This document shows, one piece after another, positions 9,786 through 17,300 of a DNA stretch of 59,692 nt. This stretch comes from Eubacteriales bacterium (lineage in GTDB: Bacteria > Bacillota > Clostridia > Oscillospirales > QAKW01), in assembly GCA_045545315.1 (NCBI GenBank), contig JAZQAR010000023.1:1-59692 (forward strand), in the 5' to 3' direction. Under the pieces are notes generated by a model that ran no database searches, was not told the origin of the DNA, and saw only the letters and a program-made list of their open reading frames with translations. Both the position numbers and the translations under genes were made by a program. Numbering within the stretch: position 1 is the first letter of the stretch; the number at the start of each line of letters is the position of its first letter.

Positions 9786-12700
9786 TATGCGCGGGGTTTT
9801 ACGAAGGTATAGATCATATTATGGTCGCTCAGATCCGTTTTGTTCACAAACAGACCGGCGCCGGTCTTTTCGTCCGTGGCATAGACCATGGTGTCTTTTA
9901 CGATAATATGGTCGATATCCGTATAGGGAGCGGAGCCCTGGGGGAAGGTATTGACCACCCCATCGTAATTCTTACCGCCGTTCAGGCAGGTGAAGACCGT
10001 GGTATCCACCACGTTGCGGATAAACCGGCTCTGGGCGTTCATATCACCCATAACAATGGGATAAGCATCGTCCTTCGCCCGATCCAGCGCCTCCTTCAGC
10101 TGGCTGGTGCCCGCCGTTTTATTGGTATCGCTATCGGGCGAGAGCGCCAGGTGCATATTATAGACCGTATAGGTCACGCCCTTCACCGTGATCTGGGTGC
10201 GGTCGTAGGAGCGCTTTTCTCCGCTGGAGCAGTTTTGGGATTGGAACAGCACCGTTTCGGTATTCTGCAACGGATATTTACTCAAAAAGCCGTGTCCGTA
10301 CTGGCCGCCGCTATAGTTAATGGCCTTGCCGAAATAAGCATAGGGATAACCGGTGCGGCTGGCGATCTCCTTCATCTGGTCGTAGGGGTTCCGGCCGGTG
10401 TTGATATCCACCTCCTGGAAGCCGATGATATCCGGCTCGAAGGTCAGCACCTCGGCGGCGATCTGATCGAACTGGCTGGAATCCATAAACCGCTTGACGT
10501 TATAGCTGGCCACCTTTAGGTATCCGTCGTAATTTTGATTATAGTTCAGGTCAATGACACTGCCTGCGGGGCGGCGATAGCCCTTGCCCACCGATTGACC
10601 GGAGATCAGCCCGCTGGCAGTCCCCAGATTATAGGAGTTCCAGATCTGAACCGCAAAACCGGCCTCTGCGGCGGCGGCAATGGCCTGCCGCTTGGTCATC
10701 CCTACAAAATCGGGCACCGTTCCGGCGTTATTCCCGTTCCCGGCCAAGGCAAGGTAAGCATAGGCCAGGTTATGGTGGCTGTTATCGGTCACGTTCACGT
10801 AAAGACCGGTGGGCGCAGTGTCATCGGTCAGGTAGGTCAGTTGATCGCTGACGATGATATTATCCAAGGGATATTTGGCGCCGCTGCCGGAGGGAGCGGT
10901 TTTGACCGTCTGATCCAGCTCCGGGCCGCCGTTCAGGGCGGTGAACCCTTCTTCCATCACCTCGGCAAAGCCGGAGGGAACCAGGTTCAGGTCGCCCAGC
11001 AACAGGGTGGGAGCGGTCTCCTCCTTCATTTTAGCCAGGATCTCGGCCAGCTGTTGGGGCTGGCAGGTCAAAACGCCGTTATTCTTAAAGTCCAGGCTGG
11101 TGACGTACACCGCCAGGGTAGTGCCCTTGCGGTCGATCTCGTAACGGCCGTAGGCACGTTGCTCACCGCCCTGGGTCTCAAAGGGGAAGACCTCTGCCTT
11201 TTTGATCTCGTATTTACTTAAAATGCCGTGACCGTATTCCCCACCGTTGTAATTCATTGCCTTACCGAAGGCGTAATAAGGGTAGCCCGCCTCCTCGGCA
11301 ATAATGGCCATCTGGTCGTCGCCGTTTGCCCGGGTGGTTTTATAGTCGATCTCCTGCAGACCCACGATATCCAGATCCATCAAAGCCAGCTCGGCGCCGA
11401 TGGCGGAATATTTGATCTCGCCGGCGGCATCGGCAAAATGCCGTACCACGTAGGTGCCCACCGTGAAGAAATCAGAGGTCTTTTTGCCCCGGGCGGTCAG
11501 GGTCACCGTCTCGTGGATGGGCATTTTCGTTCCGGCGGCCGGTTTTTGTTTGGTGATGATGGCAGAGCCGTCCTCCCCATCGGAATCCTCGGTATATTCC
11601 AGATAGACCCCCGCCGTTGCCGCGGTTGCGACCGCCTCTGTCAAAGGAATGCCGGTCAGGTCGGGCACGGTGATCAGGGGCTTGGTGTTCAGATAAAGGG
11701 TCACAGCCGTGCCCCAGGCCACTTGGGTGCCGGCGGTTTGCGTTTGGGCATTGATCTGATCCGCCCGATAGTTGGAGTTATATTGATCCGGGGTGTTGGC
11801 CTCCACCGTGGCCTTCAGGCCGGCGGCCAAGGCAGCAGTCATCGCTTCTACCCGGGTCATTCCCCTAAAGTCGGGAACGGTGGCCTTTTGGAGTGCGCCG
11901 TTGACGGTCAGGGTCAGCAAAGTGCCCTGCTGTATTCCGTTACCGGCGGCCACCGATTGGGCGGCGACGGTCTGGGCGGGATAATCGACGGTGGCGGTGC
12001 CCCCCACAAATTCCACCAAAATCTGCAGCTCATTGGCCTTGGCCTGAGCCTGCAGTTGGGTCATCCCCCGGAAGTCCGGCAGTTCCACCGATGCGGGAGC
12101 GCCGTTGAAGGTAAAGCCCACCTCGCTGCCCTGGAGCAGTTCGGTCTCCTTGGCGATTGCCTGGGCATAGACCTCCTCTGCTCCGTAAATCAACCGATAA
12201 GGTGCTGCCGTGGGCGCCGCCCTCAGTTCCAGAGCCTTCAAGGCGTTCAGCGCCTCCGCTTTGGTCATTCCCGGAAGGTCGGGAACGGTCACCCTCTTGG
12301 GGGTGCCGTTCATGGCCAGCGTCAAGGTTTTGCCTTGGAGGAAGGCACCGGTGGAATGCTGTACCGTAACAGTGTTTTCGGGATAATCCAGCGTAAACTC
12401 GCCGGTATAGAAGTCCAATCGGATCAGCAGTTCCGCCGCCTTGGCCTCCGCCTCCTCCCGGGTCATCCCCCGGAAGTCCGGCAATTGGATATTCTCCGGC
12501 GCACCGTTGATCTCCACGTATACGGCAGAGCCGTATTCCAGCTTCGTCCCCTTGGCGGGGTTTTGGCTGCTGATCAGCCCGGGCACCGCATCCAGCCGAT
12601 AGGGACGAACGGTACCGGTCAGGGTCAGATTCACTTTGGAAAGAGCGGTCTCCGCATCGGCCCGGCTCATGCCGATCAGATCCGGCACCGCCTGGGGCTC

Positions 12701-13612
12701 CGGCTTCACGTTCAGGGTGACGGTGACGGTATCCCCCGCCCGTGCAGTACTGCCGGCGGCGGGATTTTGACCGATGACCCGCTCCATCGGTTTGGCGGGG
12801 TCGTATCCATTGTTAAAAGCCGCATACAGACCCAAAGCAGAGATCGCCGCCCGGGCCTCCTCCTTGGTCTTGCCGGTCAGGTCGGGAATGGTGATCCCCT
12901 GGGGAGCCGGCGGTGTGGGCTCCGGCTCGGGCTCGGGAGTAGGCGTGGGTGTAGGGCTGGGATCAGCGGGCTTATTAGCCTCCCGATAGGTATCGAACCG
13001 ATGGAAGATGGCCGCCAGTTGGGCACGGGTGGCGTTGCCCTTGGGCTCCAGGTAAGAGATTCCGCCCTTCAGGTTGCCGTTGACCAGCCCCACGGCATTG
13101 GCCCACAACATCCCCGCCTTGGCGTAGGAAGAAACCTTGCCCTGGTCGGGGAAGGCACTCAAAGAGCCGGAGACAGAAACGTTATATTTCAACATATTTT
13201 GAGTATAGCGGTACAAGATCGTCGCCAGCTGCTCCCGGGTGATCTTGGCAGAAGGACCGAAGGTGGTGGCGGAGGTACCGTTGACGATACCGTTTTGGTA
13301 CGCCCAGGCCACGGGAGCCTTATACCAAGCCTGCTTCAAGTCGGGAAAGGGCGGGGTGCCGCTGACCGCAGGTTCACCGGCGGAGCGGTACAAAATGGTC
13401 ACCAGCATGGCCCGCTCAGCGGAGCCTTCGGGCGAGAATTTGCCCTCACCGGTACCGTTCATCAAACCCTGGGCGGTGGCCCATTCGATATCAGCCTTGG
13501 CCCAATGCTTTTTGGAAACGTCTTGATATTCCGCCGCAAAGGCCACGGTGACGCTGCCCAGCAGCATCACCAATACAACCATTATGGAGATCAAACGCAT
13601 ATGAAATTTCAT
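9785..13612 (-). CDS. SLH-anchored surface protein with about eight PASTA units and two EEP-like domains
   Basis: ORF track 9785..13666. I moved the start to the ATG at complement 13610..13612 (MKFHMRLISIMVVLVMLLGSVTVAFA), which follows AAAGGAGAA.

Domain order:
- SLH repeats, about 12997..13534;
- PTPTPEPEPEP linker;
- serial PASTA units (IPDLTGKTKEEARAAISALGL...);
- one partly degenerate EEP domain, about 10730..11480 (LQEID and GDLN kept, YVTSLD and SHHN altered);
- one PASTA unit;
- one intact EEP domain, 9788..10530 (SYNV, FQEVD, NMHL, GDMN, IDHI, SDHN). Confidence 0.9.
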   Translation of the reverse strand: MKFHMRLISIMVVLVMLLGSVTVAFAAEYQDVSKKHWAKADIEWATAQGLMNGTGEGKFSPEGSAERAMLVTILYRSAGEPAVSGTPPFPDLKQAWYKAPVAWAYQNGIVNGTSATTFGPSAKITREQLATILYRYTQNMLKYNVSVSGSLSAFPDQGKVSSYAKAGMLWANAVGLVNGNLKGGISYLEPKGNATRAQLAAIFHRFDTYREANKPADPSPTPTPTPEPEPEPTPPAPQGITIPDLTGKTKEEARAAISALGLYAAFNNGYDPAKPMERVIGQNPAAGSTARAGDTVTVTLNVKPEPQAVPDLIGMSRADAETALSKVNLTLTGTVRPYRLDAVPGLISSQNPAKGTKLEYGSAVYVEINGAPENIQLPDFRGMTREEAEAKAAELLIRLDFYTGEFTLDYPENTVTVQHSTGAFLQGKTLTLAMNGTPKRVTVPDLPGMTKAEALNALKALELRAAPTAAPYRLIYGAEEVYAQAIAKETELLQGSEVGFTFNGAPASVELPDFRGMTQLQAQAKANELQILVEFVGGTATVDYPAQTVAAQSVAAGNGIQQGTLLTLTVNGALQKATVPDFRGMTRVEAMTAALAAGLKATVEANTPDQYNSNYRADQINAQTQTAGTQVAWGTAVTLYLNTKPLITVPDLTGIPLTEAVATAATAGVYLEYTEDSDGEDGSAIITKQKPAAGTKMPIHETVTLTARGKKTSDFFTVGTYVVRHFADAAGEIKYSAIGAELALMDLDIVGLQEIDYKTTRANGDDQMAIIAEEAGYPYYAFGKAMNYNGGEYGHGILSKYEIKKAEVFPFETQGGEQRAYGRYEIDRKGTTLAVYVTSLDFKNNGVLTCQPQQLAEILAKMKEETAPTLLLGDLNLVPSGFAEVMEEGFTALNGGPELDQTVKTAPSGSGAKYPLDNIIVSDQLTYLTDDTAPTGLYVNVTDNSHHNLAYAYLALAGNGNNAGTVPDFVGMTKRQAIAAAAEAGFAVQIWNSYNLGTASGLISGQSVGKGYRRPAGSVIDLNYNQNYDGYLKVASYNVKRFMDSSQFDQIAAEVLTFEPDIIGFQEVDINTGRNPYDQMKEIASRTGYPYAYFGKAINYSGGQYGHGFLSKYPLQNTETVLFQSQNCSSGEKRSYDRTQITVKGVTYTVYNMHLALSPDSDTNKTAGTSQLKEALDRAKDDAYPIVMGDMNAQSRFIRNVVDTTVFTCLNGGKNYDGVVNTFPQGSAPYTDIDHIIVKDTMVYATDEKTGAGLFVNKTDLSDHNMIYTFVKPRA

Positions 13613-13664
13613 CGTGGTTCTCCTTTTTGAAAGGTGGCACTCAGCCCCTTGATTTAACAGAAAC

Positions 13665-13694
13665 ATTATAGCAAATCCACGCTCTTCTTGTCAA
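13665..13694 (-). promoter_or_regulatory. Sigma-70-type promoter for the 1275-aa SLH/PASTA/EEP gene
   Basis: Minus strand reads TTGACA (13694..13689), an 18-nt spacer, then TATAAT (13670..13665). It lies about 50 nt upstream of the ATG at 13612. Confidence 0.5.
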
Positions 13695-13903
13695 TGCTCG
13701 CAAGGGAATGCACCTTCCCCCTGCGGGGACAGAGGAACAAGCTTGCCCCCGCGGGGTCAGCGGACCCCGCACCCCCAAAGGGGGTTTCAGGGGGCATACA
13801 CACCCGCCGGCGGAAATCCGGGCAAAAAGCCCCGCCCGGATTTCTGATCTGATTCGCAGAAAACCGACAGGCGCAACTTATACTCAGCCACCGAAGGAAA
13901 AGC

Positions 13904-13930
13904 AAAATGCACAATTCAATTGTGCATTTT
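13904..13930. repeat. Perfect 27-nt palindrome AAAATGCACAATTCAATTGTGCATTTT (CAATTCAATTG palindrome family)
   Basis: Read directly. The identical 27-mer recurs at 54353..54379. A near-identical copy with a G centre lies at 56610..56636. Confidence 0.8.
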
Positions 13931-13943
13931 ACCTTCAGAGACA

Positions 13944-13977
13944 GAAAAAACGGGCCCGAAGGGATTTTCCCTTCGGG
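13944..13977 (-). terminator. Terminator-like hairpin with a U-tract on the minus strand
   Basis: CCCGAAGGG, loop ATTTT, then CCCTTCGGG. On the minus strand it is followed by CCCGTTTTTT. The same stem sequence recurs at 14274..14304. Confidence 0.4.
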
Positions 13978-14033
13978 ACCGTTCAGCGTGTCAAAAAACT
14001 CTGATTGTTATTTTTGACACGCTGGCAGACGAA

Positions 14034-14263
14034 CAAAAAAGAGTGCCGATTTCGCTAAAACGATCTCGTCGGCGTACAAAGGTACGGTAGAGAGCGTTTT
14101 GACGAAAAGCAGAAAAAATTCAATAAAAATGCGGCCTTTAGCCGCATTTTTCCCTTTAAAATATCCCCTCGCCACGCTTACGCGTGGCCCTCTCCCCTTT
14201 AGGCAAGGGGCGCTTATGGGGAACATACATTTTTCTTTTTTTCTGCGGTCGGTGCCTTTTTTG
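14034..14263. repeat. ~230-bp MITE-like intergenic repeat, copy 1
   Basis: It shares its first ~130 nt and last ~30 nt with 19674..19897. The shared left end is CAAAAAAGAGTGC(C/G)GATTTCG...AAAGCAGAAAA(A)ATTTCAATAAAAA, then a hairpin, then TTTTTCC. The shared right end is TTTTCTGCG(G/T)TC(G/C)GTGCCTTTTTTG. The ends are inverted (CAAAAAAG / CTTTTTTG). The internal hairpin TGCGGCCTTTAGCCGCA is replaced in copy 2 by a different self-complementary sequence. Confidence 0.45.
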
Positions 14264-14273
14264 GCAGTCTGAG

Positions 14274-14304
14274 CGGTCCCGAAGGGAAAATCCCTTCGGG
14301 ACCG
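14274..14304 (-). terminator. 13-bp hairpin immediately downstream of the 1736-aa gene
   Basis: CGGTCCCGAAGGG, loop AAAAT, then CCCTTCGGGACCG. It begins 6 nt after the stop at 14310. There is no adjacent U-tract. A bidirectional A-tract/hairpin/T-tract terminator follows at about 14125..14155 inside the MITE-like repeat. Confidence 0.45.
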
Positions 14305-14309
14305 TTGGG

Positions 14310-17300
14310 TTAAGATTTCAGTTTGATATAGGTATAGAGCATGTTATGATCGCTCCATTCGGATTCGATCACCATGATCCCCAAGCCGTTATCATATTCA
14401 AAATGATCCCAATCATCGGTCAGGATGATATGGTCGATGGGCTTGCCGTTATGGCAGGTGATGGCGTTCACGTTGGGATCCTTGCCGCCGTTCAGGGAGG
14501 TGCAGGTGCTGGCGTCGATGGTATCCTTCAGGTGGATGGGCTCTGCATTCAGGTCGCCCACCAGAACGGCAGGGATGGTTTCGGCATCCATTTTTGCCAG
14601 AATCTCTGCCAACTGGGCGTTTTGGCTCGCCTTGGTGCTGTCCAGGCAAAGGTGAGTGTTATAGAATGCAATGGTATAGCCATTCTCCTGGTCGTCGTCG
14701 GTGGTATCGATATAGATCTCGTGGCGCTCGTAGGAGCGTTCTTCACCGTTTTGGGTAGCAAACTTAAAGGTTTCGCTCTTGGTGATGGGATACTTACTGA
14801 TGATCCCGTGGCCGTAATCCTCGTTACTGTTCAGGCTGATAGACTTACCAAAGGCATAATATTCAAACCCGGCTTCGTCGGCCAGCGCTTTGATCTGGCT
14901 CTTATAAGAGGAGGATTCATTCCCTTCCACAATTTCCTGGATCCCCACCACGTCGGCGCCGACGGCCTTGATCTCGGCAGCGATCTCTTCGTATTCGCTG
15001 CCGCCTGCCGCCCGCTGTACGTTATAGCTGGCAACGGTCAGGTAGCCCGGGTAATCGGCGGGGTCGGCTAGTTTCAGGCCGATGGTCAGCTCGATGGATT
15101 TGCCCCGGGGCTGGCGGGTACCGGCGGGGGTGGATTGGGCGGAGACCTTCTCGATATAATTCTGGTCGAAGCCCACTCGGAAGGTGGGGGTCAGCCCGTT
15201 GGCAGCCGCCGTAGCGGTGGCCGCCAATTGGGTCATCCCGGTAAAGTCGGGCACGTCGATGAATTTTGCATTCTCCGGTAACACGGAATCCTTTAACCGG
15301 ATATAGGCATAGATCAGCCGATGCTGGTTAGTTGCATCCGGGCAAAGATATAAGCCATAAGGTGCCGCAGTTTCATCGGTCATATATTCAAATTCATCGG
15401 AAAGAATGATATTGGAGCTGGCGGTCTTTTCCTCGCCGTTAAAGGCGGTATAACAGATATTTTCCAGGCTCTTGCCGCCGTTCAGCGGGGTATAGCGGCC
15501 CATATCCAGAACACCCTCCAGCATGGTGGCATCTGCGCTCAGGTTCCCCATCAGTACGGGGAATTCATCCTGATCCATCTTCGCCAGGATCTCGGAAAGC
15601 TGCTTTTCACGGAGTTCGTCCAAGGCAGCGCCCTTTCCGTGAGCCAGCTTCACGTTATACACTGCGATAGTGGTGCCGCCCACGTTGATCTCGGCCCGGT
15701 TCCAGCCCCGGGTCTCGGTTGTCTGGTCAGTAAAACGGCCGTGTTCGCTCTTAGTGATGGGATATTTACTCAAAATACCGTTGGACAGGTAGCCACCCTT
15801 ATAGCTATGGGCATCGCCGCAAAGGATATATTCGTAGTCAGCGCCCAGTTCCTTTTTCAGTTCCTCCAACTGGCAATCTACGGTGATGTTGGTGGTTCCG
15901 TGGTCATAGCCCTGGATACTGATGATATCCGGGTCTGCCTTTTTAATGGTCGCCGCCAACGTGGCATAGTTCTGATTCTTTTGGATATCGTAGCTGGCAA
16001 CGGTAATATAATCGCCGTAAAGCACCCGGGTATTCACGGTGATGGTGGTACCCGTATCGGCGACCCCGTAGGCGGCGGGGGTCTGCACGCTGACGGTGGC
16101 GTTTGCGGATTCGTCGGCGCCCTGAGCCAAAGCGAAGACAAAGCCGGCGGCTTCTGCCCTGGCTCTGGCCTCGGCCACGGTCAGACCGGTCAGGTCAGGC
16201 ACCTTGGGAGCACCGGGCTCGTTTTCGGTGGGCTGGGCGTTTTTCATCCGCACGTAAGTATAGACCATTCTGTGCCAGCAGTTCAGTTCCTCGCTGACGT
16301 GGAAGCCGGTGGGATGGTCGGTATCGGTAACGGGAGCCAGTTGATCGGTGATGATGATATTGCTGACGTAGGTAGTCTGTGTCTTGCTGGTCAAGGTCGC
16401 ATAAACCTGATCCAATCCCTTACCGCCGTTCAAGGGGGTATAGGCGTTCAGATCGATCTTACCGCTCAGGTTGCTGGGATGCATATTCAGGTTGCCCATC
16501 AGGATGGGGAATTCATCCTTGGCCATCAGATCGGTCATTTGCTTCAGCTGAGCGTTCCGTGCGCTTTCCTTGCCGTTGGTGAACATCACGTTATAGACCG
16601 TAACGGGAACACCCTGCACGTCGATCACCGCTCGCACGTAGCCCCGGGTCTCGCCGTCCTGGGTCTCAAAGAGTCCGCCGGAGCTTTCCAGAATGGGGAA
16701 CCGGCTGAGAATACTGTTACCGAAGGAGCCACCGTTATGAGAGGTAATGGCGGGCGCATAGGCATAATGACTGTAGCCCAGCTTTTCGGCAATGATCTTG
16801 GTTTGATAGCCGTTGGAGGTCGTCCCCTCGTCAACAGCCTGGAAGCCGATGATATCGGGGTTCAGGGCGCTGATCTCCTCCACAAAGGGATCATAGTCGA
16901 CCTTGCCGGTGGAAGCCTCCAGATTAAACCGCTTGACGTCGTAGGAGGCTACGGTCAGGTATTCGGGATACAGCACCCGACCGGTCAGGGTAACGGTCTC
17001 GCCGCTGGTATATTCCGTTCCGGCGGCGGGGGTCTGCAGAGTCACCTTTGCATCAGCGGATTCCGTATCGGAGCCCTTGGTAAAGGCCACCTTAAAGCCC
17101 TTGCCCTCCAGAGCAGCCTTGGCGGCGGCGGGGGTCTGCCCGATCACGTTGGGCACCAAAGTGACCTGCTTGGCGGTCAGGGTCACGGCGGAGCCCTTTT
17201 CCACCTCCGTTCCGGCGGCGGGGTTCTGGGCGGTGACGGTGGCGGCATCCTCGGTCAGGGAGCCTTCCGCAAAGGCGGTAGCCAGCCCGATCCCGGCCAG

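Noticed and set aside
13613-14309. Small ORFs 13666..13914, 13708..14004 and 14008..14226 in the intergenic region, and a possible small RNA.
   Set aside because: The ORFs have no Shine-Dalgarno sequences and run through hairpins and repeats. A discrete small RNA cannot be supported from sequence alone, so I reported only the repeats and hairpins.
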